A stretch of 64,000 nt of DNA, from positions 1 through 64,000 of IMG/VR virus record IMGVR_UViG_3300006484_000005; one strand, given 5' to 3'. Source of the stretch: an uncultured virus (IMG/VR IMGVR_UViG_3300006484_000005). Lineage: Duplodnaviria > Heunggongvirae > Uroviricota > Caudoviricetes. The notes under the pieces are model-generated. The model was not told the DNA's origin and searched no databases. It saw nothing but the letters and a program-made list of their open reading frames with translations. Positions 38,570 to 46,265 of this stretch are shown in pieces (positions within the stretch are counted from its first letter, which is position 1; every line of letters begins with the position of its first letter). A program made the translations under genes and the position numbers.

Positions 38570-38872
38570 TTACCATTTAGGAGCTTCTTCTAGCTCTTCT
38601 TTAGCTGTTTTAGGTTTTGGTTTAGCTGGAGCAGCAGCTGGTTTTACACCACCACCTCCACCACCTACAACATTCTTTTGTTGTTGTGTGTTGTTAGTAG
38701 TAATATTGATTACTGGAGCTGGTGCTGTTACTGCTTGAGGAGCTGGTTCATCACCTTCACCTGTAAGAGTTTTTGTGACATACCCACCAACACCTAGTGC
38801 TACTGTGCTTGCTAGACCAATAATGATGCTTTTAAATGATCCTCCTCCTGAGTTTTCTGATTCTTCTGCCAT
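38570..38872 (-). CDS. Membrane-anchored low-complexity protein
   Basis: Single TM helix, VINITTNNTQQQ, Gly run. Confidence 0.65.
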   Translation of the reverse strand: MAEESENSGGGSFKSIIIGLASTVALGVGGYVTKTLTGEGDEPAPQAVTAPAPVINITTNNTQQQKNVVGGGGGGVKPAAAPAKPKPKTAKEELEEAPKW

Positions 38873-38879
38873 GTTATTT

Positions 38880-39248
38880 TTAACGTTTAATTACTAATGG
38901 TTTTTTAACTGATACACCATTGATATCAGTTAATGTTATATCGTATATTCCATCTTCTAAATCTTTGAAATCATATATTTTAGTTACAATTTCTGATTCA
39001 GCAGTTAATGGTAATGTTTTTACAGGTTCAGTAGCAGCAAATTTGTATACTTGTACAGAGTACTTAGCTCCAGTCGTAACCGCGTATTGTACTGTAACTT
39101 GACCACCTGTTGATACTACACTGAGTATGTCGGTAGATTTTGCTGTAACTCCTAATTTAATGTCAGGTGTTGATAATACTTCCATATCACTGCATCCTGC
39201 GGTAATAAATATAAGGCCGATTAAAACAATTGATAATATATTTTTCAT
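38880..39248 (-). CDS. Lipoprotein with Ig-like domain
   Basis: Lipobox ITAG-C; DLEDGIYDITL...KKPLVIK. Confidence 0.7.
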   Translation of the reverse strand: MKNILSIVLIGLIFITAGCSDMEVLSTPDIKLGVTAKSTDILSVVSTGGQVTVQYAVTTGAKYSVQVYKFAATEPVKTLPLTAESEIVTKIYDFKDLEDGIYDITLTDINGVSVKKPLVIKR

Positions 39249-39250
39249 AT

Positions 39251-41059
39251 TTAAAAGTTATTATATCCTGTTAATTTTATTGTTTCTGTATTTAAGTTAA
39301 TTCCTAGCTGAGATCCGTTAGTAGATGCGGCATCTGTTGCAGTAGTTATTTTAATAAATGAATTAATATCTAATCCGTTTTGTAGAGCTGTAAATTTCAG
39401 TTTGAATGGAACTGTATTACCTGATAATGGAGTTTTTAATTTCTGATCAATTGCTCCAAATTTTACCTTGCCTGATGCTGAATTAGCAAATACATACCAA
39501 TCAGCTGGTACTTCTGAACTCATTGAATCAAATTTAACTTTATTTGGATCGTATGCAAATTCAAATTGCAATGCAGCTACATCTTTTCCATTTGTATTAA
39601 CTGCAACTGGTATTTCAATTGTATTTGAAGTTACTGTTACGTTTTTAATATTAACATCAATAGCAGGAACAGATTGAGGAGTATTAATAAATGATTCAGT
39701 ACGGTTCATAATTGGACCAGCAGCATATCTTTTATTTGCAATACTTTTATTTAATGAAACTACAGCGTTTGTAGCTACAGCTCCATTTATTACTACTTGA
39801 GATGAATGAGAACGATTTATATCACCAGGAAGTACATATTTTACATTAATTGTTAATGGTGTTCCTGGGGTAGCTGGAGTAGTGTATTCATAAGTACGCT
39901 GTGCATTAGTAGGTAATGTAGTAAATACGTTAGATGGGGTAGCAGCATTGAATTCAGCAGCTTTAAACGTAGGTAAACTCATCCACCCATTAGACCCAAC
40001 TGTATATCCTTCTGGTAATACGATTAATTGATTAACACCAACTGCTTGTGCATATAATTTAGTTAAATCACCACCATCGAATCCGTTTGATCTGTTAACA
40101 TCTACCGCCCAATATCCCATACCAGTTATAATACTAGTATTTTTATATGTTCTATCTAGATTTTGAGATACAAATTCTGCTTGTGCTGTTGTATAATCCG
40201 ATACTGATACTGCTGAGTTCATTATAGCTGGTAATTGATCCATATTGGCCATTACCATAATTTGATAAGCTGTATTTGCAGTTAATAATGAATCTACAAT
40301 ATTTACTGTACCATTTGCGGTTACATTAAACATTGGTCCTGTATTATCAGCTTTTTTAAATAATACTTTAACGTGAGTTGGATTAATATTTCCATTCAAA
40401 TCCAATACCGCTTTAACAAATTTCTTAGCGTCTGGATTTTGGGTGATTACTGTAGTTAATGGTATTTCATTTAAACAAGCACCTGATGAACCATTTTGAT
40501 TAAATGATGCAGCAAAGTTCATTTTAATTGGATCCCAGGCATCACCTACTGCTGTTGTTTTTAATCTAAAGCGAAGTCTTAATAAATCACCATATCCATT
40601 ATAAGGTAGTGGTGAATTAGTAGCCCAGTTTAAATAAACACGAATAATTGTTTTAGGACCACCTTGAGTAAAACTGTATCCCGCATTGTTGTAATTTTGA
40701 TTACCATTAGGGGATGTGTTATTACCATTTCCAGCAAATGAATAACCTGGATATGTGTAATTATCCATTGTAATAGAAGCACCTGCAGGAAGTACACCAC
40801 CATTACCACCTGTTCCAGTATTAATTACATTAATAAAATCAAATGCAGCATTATTAAATTCAAAATCAAAATACAATGAACGAGCAGTTGTATTTCCATT
40901 ACCATTTAATTGAACATTAACGATGAATTCATCACCTTTATCAATTACTCCACCAGCAATATCTACCTTAGTAGAGTCATCAGCTAACCTAATTTTAGGT
41001 TCTTGCGCAAACGCGGTTAAACTTACTAATGATAATAGTAAGAATAATAATTTTTTCAT
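39251..41059 (-). CDS. Secreted cohesin/dockerin-like domain protein
   Basis: Signal peptide; cohesin-like N- and C-terminal domains (IEIPVAV...ALQFEFAYDPNKVKF); dockerin-like DVNRSNGFDGGD and GDINRS. Confidence 0.7.
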   Translation of the reverse strand: MKKLLFLLLSLVSLTAFAQEPKIRLADDSTKVDIAGGVIDKGDEFIVNVQLNGNGNTTARSLYFDFEFNNAAFDFINVINTGTGGNGGVLPAGASITMDNYTYPGYSFAGNGNNTSPNGNQNYNNAGYSFTQGGPKTIIRVYLNWATNSPLPYNGYGDLLRLRFRLKTTAVGDAWDPIKMNFAASFNQNGSSGACLNEIPLTTVITQNPDAKKFVKAVLDLNGNINPTHVKVLFKKADNTGPMFNVTANGTVNIVDSLLTANTAYQIMVMANMDQLPAIMNSAVSVSDYTTAQAEFVSQNLDRTYKNTSIITGMGYWAVDVNRSNGFDGGDLTKLYAQAVGVNQLIVLPEGYTVGSNGWMSLPTFKAAEFNAATPSNVFTTLPTNAQRTYEYTTPATPGTPLTINVKYVLPGDINRSHSSQVVINGAVATNAVVSLNKSIANKRYAAGPIMNRTESFINTPQSVPAIDVNIKNVTVTSNTIEIPVAVNTNGKDVAALQFEFAYDPNKVKFDSMSSEVPADWYVFANSASGKVKFGAIDQKLKTPLSGNTVPFKLKFTALQNGLDINSFIKITTATDAASTNGSQLGINLNTETIKLTGYNNF

Positions 41060-41547
41060 ATTTTGTCTAATAATTTAGTTGTTAATGAAACCGATGCTTT
41101 CTTCAACGCATTTGATAATGATGTTTGATTAAAACCACCTGCTTCAGAAATAACTAAAGTAGACATTGATACTTCGCTTGATTTTTCTGTTGCTGTTTTT
41201 GTTTTGACGACTTTATCGCCCTTTAATAATTTACCCACCATACTAATAACGACGGATTGTTTATCTTGGTGCATTATACCTATGCTTACATTTGATGATT
41301 CAACATCTAAGAATACGATGTCGACTTGTACTGAATAATCAGCAGCGTCTTTAGTAGGTACTAATGAATAATTTTCGGATAATAGTTCTTCAACTATATT
41401 TTTAACACCAAATGCTAAATTGCGGTTTCCTGCTAATTTACCAATTTGGATTTTGTTTTCTACATTATGTAAAAACAATTTAGGAGTTTGCGCTTGGCTA
41501 ATGAATGATGCCAAAACTAATATTAATATAGATATAATTTTTTTCAT
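41056..41547 (-). CDS. Secreted protein (possible CsgG-like alpha/beta fold)
   Basis: Signal peptide MKKIISIL; GVKNIVEELL and ALKKAS resemble 36833-37546; class B motif at 41566-41575. Confidence 0.6.
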   Translation of the reverse strand: MKKIISILILVLASFISQAQTPKLFLHNVENKIQIGKLAGNRNLAFGVKNIVEELLSENYSLVPTKDAADYSVQVDIVFLDVESSNVSIGIMHQDKQSVVISMVGKLLKGDKVVKTKTATEKSSEVSMSTLVISEAGGFNQTSLSNALKKASVSLTTKLLDKI

Positions 41548-41700
41548 GATGAGAACTAGGTCTATCATAAATATAGTATATACTACAAAATCAAATTTGA
41601 ATATTATAGGCGTAGTGTGGATTTTTCAACGAACATTATGGCAATTTGTCGTTTTCGTGGAAGTGTTATATACGTATTGTCGAACAAAATATAAAATAAA

Positions 41701-41862
41701 ATGCCATTATTAGCAATTTCATTATTAATTAGTACATTATTTAGCGCGGTTTTAGTCAAATTTGACAATGCTGAGCGGAAATCAAAACAACCCATCTCTA
41801 ACCGCAGACATGCTGGTGGAAGAAACGGGTTGTTAAATATTGATAAAGACTTATCTGTTTAG
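41701..41862 (+). CDS. Small membrane or secreted peptide, 53 aa (only plus-strand gene candidate)
   Basis: MPLLAISLLISTLFSAVLVKFDNAERKSKQPISNRRHAGGRNGLLNIDKDLSV; A-rich leader; fills an otherwise empty gap. Confidence 0.5.
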   Translation: MPLLAISLLISTLFSAVLVKFDNAERKSKQPISNRRHAGGRNGLLNIDKDLSV

Positions 41863-41876
41863 TAAAATAGTTATAC

Positions 41877-42224
41877 CTATAATGTCATAGGTTCTATTTT
41901 AACGTGCTCTAACGAATCTTTTTCAATGATTTGTTTGAGCACTTTGATTTTTTTCTTAGTTTGAGTAAGATCCTTTTTATGTTGGGTTAATTTATCATCG
42001 GTTTTTTTCTCTTTTAACCAACTAGATGCAAAATCAGTTTTTTCTGTTTTGTTTACATCATCCCACATTTTACGATATTCAAGCGCTTTAATTTCTGATT
42101 GAAGCTTTTGCTCCATTATCATCTCATTGCTTAATTTTTGTCTGTAAAATGTCATGTCTTGATTAGGCATCGGACCACCTACGGCCAAACCAAGCATTAT
42201 AAGTAACTCTTTTAAGTCTAACAT
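41877..42224 (-). CDS. Coiled-coil protein with hydrophobic N-terminus
   Basis: ORF track. Confidence 0.65.
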   Translation of the reverse strand: MLDLKELLIMLGLAVGGPMPNQDMTFYRQKLSNEMIMEQKLQSEIKALEYRKMWDDVNKTEKTDFASSWLKEKKTDDKLTQHKKDLTQTKKKIKVLKQIIEKDSLEHVKIEPMTL

Positions 42225-42226
42225 AA

Positions 42227-42358
42227 CTATCCTTTTAGTAATTGTTTTTTATTATCATTGCACTCACATTTACATTTAGGGCAATCAAATGCTAATAGAG
42301 TACAAATACATCCTAAACCAAATCCAGCCAATGAGGCAATTGCAATTGTTGTTATCAT
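42227..42358 (-). CDS. Small Cys-rich membrane peptide, 43 aa
   Basis: Hand translation MITTIAIASLAGFGLGCICTLLAFDCPKCKCECNDNKKQLLKG. Confidence 0.5.
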   Translation of the reverse strand: MITTIAIASLAGFGLGCICTLLAFDCPKCKCECNDNKKQLLKG

Positions 42359-42369
42359 AATAATAAATA

Positions 42370-42948
42370 TTAAATTTCAAATAGGAAATTTATTACCATT
42401 CTTCTATCCGTTTCTCGTGGGGAAGAAGATGTGTGTATGGTAGTAGAATCAAATACTACTGCTGTATTTGCTTTTGGTGTTATTCGTTTGGTTATAACCA
42501 ACTCATCCGTTCTATCCTTAAAATCTGGCATATTATTATACGTTTGGTTAAACATGTAGGTATCTCCATCAGAATCGTTTAGATAATACAATAAAGTACA
42601 AAACTTACCTTTATCGTTTATATCCGAATGTGGTGGATGAAAATGATTTATTGGATATAATGGATCCTTCATCAACATATTTGCCTTTATACGTAATAAA
42701 TTGGTTGGTATAATTCCATGATGAATTAGTTTATCCTTAAATGGGTTCATTGATTCAATAAATTTAAAAGCTTGCTTGTGGGAAAAAAACGTATGTATAA
42801 ATTGGTTACTTTCAGTTACATTACTGCCACCATGTAATTCACTATAACTAGTATATGGTATGTAATACCAATCGAATACATTACTTGTAACCAATTCAGT
42901 TAAGTCTTGGTATTCTTTATCCGATAAGAAGTTTTCAATAATTCTCAT
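42370..42948 (-). CDS. 2OG-Fe(II) oxygenase
   Basis: PHSD (HxD), LLYYLNDSDGDT, IHTSS...RMVINF. Confidence 0.85.
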   Translation of the reverse strand: MRIIENFLSDKEYQDLTELVTSNVFDWYYIPYTSYSELHGGSNVTESNQFIHTFFSHKQAFKFIESMNPFKDKLIHHGIIPTNLLRIKANMLMKDPLYPINHFHPPHSDINDKGKFCTLLYYLNDSDGDTYMFNQTYNNMPDFKDRTDELVITKRITPKANTAVVFDSTTIHTSSSPRETDRRMVINFLFEI

Positions 42949-42993
42949 ATGTTTTTTAGAGGTATGCTTACTACAACCTCATTTGTTTATTTG

Positions 42994-43064
42994 TTACCCG
43001 AGCAGGATTCGAACCTACCATAAGCGCACCAAAAACGCTTGTGTTACCGCTACACCATCGAGCA
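42994..43064 (-). tRNA. tRNA-Gln(TTG)
   Basis: Cloverleaf; AGCGT-TTTTGGT-GCGCT; GTTCGAATC. Confidence 0.9.
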
Positions 43065-43072
43065 ATTTACTG

Positions 43073-43144
43073 TAGCCCCAACGGGAATCGAACCCGTGAC
43101 TCATCCGTGAAAGGGACGTGACTTAACCGCTTGTCGATAGGGCC
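43073..43144 (-). tRNA. tRNA-Glu(TTC)
   Basis: Cloverleaf; loop CTTTCAC; GTTCGATTC. Confidence 0.93.
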
Positions 43145-43151
43145 ATTACTG

Positions 43152-43224
43152 AGCTTCCGGTCGGGGTCGAACCAACGGCCTGCTGATTACAAGTCAGCTG
43201 CTCTACCATCTGAGCTACGGAAGC
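43152..43224 (-). tRNA. tRNA-Thr(TGT)
   Basis: Cloverleaf; GCTGA-CTTGTAA-TCAGC. Confidence 0.93.
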
Positions 43225-43228
43225 AATT

Positions 43229-43334
43229 TAGGAAAGTGGAAGATGGGTGCGTGGACATCTACTTTTATGATTGGCATTTCTAACCGATCGTACCCGCCCT
43301 TCCTACAGTTAAAGGATACATCCCAATCAACCTA
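43229..43334 (-). ncRNA. Candidate structured RNA between tRNA-Ser and tRNA-Thr (distal)
   Basis: TAGG/CCTA, TGATTGG/CCAATCA, AAAGT-AGATG/CATCT-ACTTT stems. Confidence 0.5.
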
Positions 43335-43340
43335 TTAAAT

Positions 43341-43414
43341 AAAACACAATCACTTCACATCTGCAAGTGCAAAAGATTGTCGAGCTAATTGCATATACAA
43401 TCTAATTGTGTTTT
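43341..43414 (-). ncRNA. Candidate three-way-junction RNA directly 3' of tRNA-Ser
   Basis: AAAACACAAT/ATTGTGTTTT closing stem; AGATTGT/ACAATCT and CACTT/AAGTG arms. Confidence 0.5.
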
Positions 43415-43415
43415 G

Positions 43416-43500
43416 AGGAGAGTGAGGGATTCGAACCCCCGGTCCTATTACAGACAATAGTTTTCAAGACTACCTCGTTCGACCGCTCTGACAACTCTCC
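43416..43500 (-). tRNA. tRNA-Ser(TGA)
   Basis: GGAGAGT/ACTCTCC acceptor; loop CTTGAAA; long variable arm. Confidence 0.92.
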
Positions 43501-43508
43501 TTACATAA

Positions 43509-43525
43509 TAAACATAATCAGGAAA
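43509..43525 (-). promoter_or_regulatory. Class A promoter motif inside the tRNA array
   Basis: TTTCCTGATTATGTTTA, 8 nt upstream of tRNA-Ser. Confidence 0.55.
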
Positions 43526-43540
43526 TCTTATATTTCCTAG

Positions 43541-43615
43541 AGTTGAGTGCTGGATTCGAACCAGCGATTTTATCGTTTTGCAAACGAGTGCGTTTGGCCA
43601 CTCCGCCAACTCAAC
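43541..43615 (-). tRNA. tRNA-Cys(GCA)
   Basis: GTTGAGT/ACTCAAC plus U73; loop TTGCAAA. Confidence 0.9.
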
Positions 43616-43620
43616 TTATG

Positions 43621-43691
43621 CACACCCTCTAGGACTCGAACCTAGAACAACGGTTTTGGAGACCGTGATGATACCATTTCACCAAAGATGC
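43621..43691 (-). tRNA. tRNA-Trp(CCA)
   Basis: ACGGT-CTCCAAA-ACCGT; GTTCGAGTC. Confidence 0.92.
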
Positions 43692-43696
43692 ATATT

Positions 43697-43797
43697 AACT
43701 TATCAGATGAATATTTTATCCCCATATGGGCCACAGCCATTAAGTGTATTACTTTCATTCATCGGCTATCACACGGTTTCACCGCATATGATAAGTT
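43697..43797 (-). ncRNA. Candidate pseudoknotted RNA between tRNA-Tyr and tRNA-Trp
   Basis: AACTTATCA/TGATAAGTT closing stem; GCGGT-GAA-ACCGT; GATGAAT/ATTCATC crossing TAGCC/GGCTG. Confidence 0.5.
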
Positions 43798-43799
43798 TG

Positions 43800-43879
43800 T
43801 GGGAGTGGAGGGATTCGAACCCCCAATGTCGTAGACCACAGATTTACAGTCTGCTAAGCAACCGTTGCTCAACACTCCC
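43800..43879 (-). tRNA. tRNA-Tyr(GTA)
   Basis: GGGAGTG/CACTCCC plus A73; GCAGA-CTGTAAA-TCTGT; variable arm present. Confidence 0.92.
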
Positions 43880-43912
43880 AAATAAAAAGCCCCTAACTTG
43901 TGATTAGGGGCC
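43880..43912 (-). terminator. Intrinsic terminator (attenuator) immediately 5' of the tRNA array
   Basis: GGCCCCTAA-TCACAAG-TTAGGGGCT followed by TTTTATTT, ending at the first base of tRNA-Tyr. Confidence 0.85.
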
Positions 43913-43939
43913 ATTTTAATATATTGTACGTTATCTATA

Positions 43940-44002
43940 TTATTCCCCTATCCTAGCCGTTTCCTGCCAAGTCGAAGTACAATATGTAGATGTGTTTTTC
44001 AT
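43940..44002 (-). CDS. Putative attenuator leader peptide MKNTSTYCTSTWQETARIGE
   Basis: ATG AAA AAC ACA TCT ACA TAT TGT ACT TCG ACT TGG CAG GAA ACG GCT AGG ATA GGG GAA TAA; core residues match the seven downstream tRNAs. Confidence 0.8.
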   Translation of the reverse strand: MKNTSTYCTSTWQETARIGE

Positions 44003-44006
44003 TTCG

Positions 44007-44016
44007 TATAAATATA
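44007..44016 (-). promoter_or_regulatory. Class B promoter motif driving the leader and tRNA array
   Basis: TATATTTATA, 4 nt upstream of the leader ATG. Confidence 0.65.
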
Positions 44017-44022
44017 TGTAAC

Positions 44023-44226
44023 CTAATCTTTTTGCAATTCTTGTTTTAATTTTTCAAGATATAAAATTCCATCCATTAACTCATCCTGAGCGTGATTAAT
44101 CCAATCGATTTTCTCTAAATCAGTACGATCTAAATCAGTACCATATTTTTGGTTTCCCATACGAGCTCTACGCTCAAATTTAGCAATCACGCTTGCTACC
44201 ACTGTGTCTACTTTAAATTGATCCAT
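44023..44226 (-). CDS. Small helical phage protein (NTP-PPase-like)
   Basis: GNQKYGTDLDR...WINHAQDELMDGILY. Confidence 0.65.
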   Translation of the reverse strand: MDQFKVDTVVASVIAKFERRARMGNQKYGTDLDRTDLEKIDWINHAQDELMDGILYLEKLKQELQKD

Positions 44227-44455
44227 TGTGTCCTATAACTTGTTCTAATGATTTATAATTCATTTCTTCACCATGATAAAATCCTAATTTGATATTATTA
44301 TTATTGTCTTTAATAATTTCACTAAAACCATATCCTTCACATATAATTCTAATACCATAATTTGGTTTTAATTTATTTGCCTCTTCAATAATATCAAAAT
44401 CCCACGGCATTTCGGGATCATAACTTTCACACCATTGTTTTGAAAAATCAGCCAT
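44213..44455 (-). CDS. Hypothetical protein
   Basis: ORF track; class A motif at 44469-44485. Confidence 0.65.
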   Translation of the reverse strand: MADFSKQWCESYDPEMPWDFDIIEEANKLKPNYGIRIICEGYGFSEIIKDNNNNIKLGFYHGEEMNYKSLEQVIGHNGSI

Positions 44456-44503
44456 AACTTTTTTTATTTAAATGTAACGAGGAAATATTTAAGGAACAAA
44501 TTA

Positions 44504-45127
44504 TTATTTGAATGTAAATCCAGTTAATTTTTCAATTTGTGCTAATGGTACTTCGTTGTTTTGGAATCCATCAGGATTAGATAAATCATTGTTAAATAGA
44601 TAAGCATGCCATTTACCTGCTACCTGAACTACTTTCCAACATTGAGTAGGAACTGATACTAAACCAATCTTTTTTGCCTCACCAACTGAGCCACTCCATA
44701 CTCTTACTTTTGAACTAATTAATGCCCAATTTCGGGTTGCGGTTTCTAATGATTTCCAATCTCCAGCATTTAATCTATGTGTTTGAGCAACCATATTTGA
44801 AAAGTAGAAACACTCATCTTGTACTGCTTGTGTTTGACAAAGATTGTCTGCTGCCGGCATTACATGTCCTCTATCGTATCCGCTCTTTACATAGTAAAAT
44901 GCGATATTAGTTTCATCTACCAATTGTGGGTCTGGTTTGAAATTGTCTTTACGTTTTAAAGGTGTAGGGCAGCCTACCATTGCTTTTGTAGTTTCCCATT
45001 GAACCATTACTGGATACCTTTTTGATTTGCTAAAATGTGTTGTGTAATTTGTGTGTTTGATTACCACAATATCTTGTGCTGTTAAACCAAACGATACGAG
45101 TAATAATAGTAATAATAATTTTTTCAT
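44504..45127 (-). CDS. Secreted DNA/RNA non-specific endonuclease (NucA/EndoG family)
   Basis: Signal peptide; GYDRGH, FYFSNMVAQ, LNAGDWKSLE. Confidence 0.9.
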   Translation of the reverse strand: MKKLLLLLLLVSFGLTAQDIVVIKHTNYTTHFSKSKRYPVMVQWETTKAMVGCPTPLKRKDNFKPDPQLVDETNIAFYYVKSGYDRGHVMPAADNLCQTQAVQDECFYFSNMVAQTHRLNAGDWKSLETATRNWALISSKVRVWSGSVGEAKKIGLVSVPTQCWKVVQVAGKWHAYLFNNDLSNPDGFQNNEVPLAQIEKLTGFTFK

Positions 45128-45131
45128 AGTT

Positions 45132-46190
45132 TTATTTAAAGTAATTTACCCAGATTTTACGTGTTTTATCTGTATACGATTTCAATAAACATTTATTCAT
45201 ATAAACATTCACACGTGGATAATTATACGTATCACATAAAGTACTAAAGATGTCATTTGTATTAGTTTGACGCGTTGTAAACCAATGACTAGCCCAAGGT
45301 ATTTCAGGTGATGCTACTAATGGTACACCTTGTGAAATAATGTCAGCTGCTACAATATTAAATGTTTCGTTGAACGATACTTGCATTCCAATATCCATTT
45401 TAGAGCATAATTCTAAAAATTCTTCACGTGACGCCCATTTATGGATTACTAACTTATGTCCCTTATTTTCTAATTGTTCAAATAAAGCAACTAAATTGTT
45501 AAATATAGGTTCGCCTTTTTGCTCTAATCTAAAGTTAATATGGAAATTAAGTTTTTTACCTATCTTATCAGCTAATCCAATAGCAGCTATTGCCTGTATT
45601 AAATGGTTTTTTAATGGACGAACAGCACCAAAACATGCTATATCGATAGTATCTTTTGATTTATCTAATTTTTTAGATTTATAGTCTTGAGGATAATAAT
45701 TAGGTAAAAATATTACTCGTTGTTTTTGTAATTTTTTATCCCAATTGTTTTTATATCCTAAATAAAATTGGATGTCTTTAGTTGTTTGGGGAGAATTACA
45801 AGCTACAACTACATTATCGTACTTGCTATAATTACCTAACCAATTCATTGCTATTCCTTCATTTGCTAAAAATGGTACTTCACTATGTAAACGAATTACC
45901 CATTTAACGTTTGGATGTAATTTAACTAATACATCAAATTTGGATGGAACTACCCATAGCGCTTCGATAATAACGTGTGTTGGTTTGAATTCTGTTACTT
46001 CACGATCAATGTCGTTATTATCAGTTACCACCACCATTTTAGATTCAATGTGATCTTTCTTTAGCATCTCATCCATAAAGAGAGCTGAATTGTACAGGCC
46101 AGTGCTTAATCCTACGTGAGAATATTGTTCAGCACCATAATTTTCGTTGCGTTTTAAAATAAAGAGTACTTTATTTTTGTTGGGTTTCAT
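45132..46190 (-). CDS. GT-B (GT4-like) glycosyltransferase
   Basis: FGAVRPLKN, ETFNIVAAD; class B motif at 46221-46230. Confidence 0.72.
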   Translation of the reverse strand: MKPNKNKVLFILKRNENYGAEQYSHVGLSTGLYNSALFMDEMLKKDHIESKMVVVTDNNDIDREVTEFKPTHVIIEALWVVPSKFDVLVKLHPNVKWVIRLHSEVPFLANEGIAMNWLGNYSKYDNVVVACNSPQTTKDIQFYLGYKNNWDKKLQKQRVIFLPNYYPQDYKSKKLDKSKDTIDIACFGAVRPLKNHLIQAIAAIGLADKIGKKLNFHINFRLEQKGEPIFNNLVALFEQLENKGHKLVIHKWASREEFLELCSKMDIGMQVSFNETFNIVAADIISQGVPLVASPEIPWASHWFTTRQTNTNDIFSTLCDTYNYPRVNVYMNKCLLKSYTDKTRKIWVNYFK

Positions 46191-46265
46191 AAAAGTTTTA
46201 GATAGACATTATTGTATATATATAAATATCAATTTTATCTTTTATGTAAATTAACTTAATTATTA

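Noticed and set aside
43240..43265. TCCACG loop resembling L3 of HDV-like (theta) ribozymes near tRNAs
   Set aside because: I could not build the P1/P1.1/P2 nested pseudoknot, and it is not at a tRNA 3' end. A descriptor search would be needed to exclude it fully.
43578..43907. 109-aa plus-strand ORF
   Set aside because: Antisense to tRNA-Cys, Trp and Tyr and the terminator.
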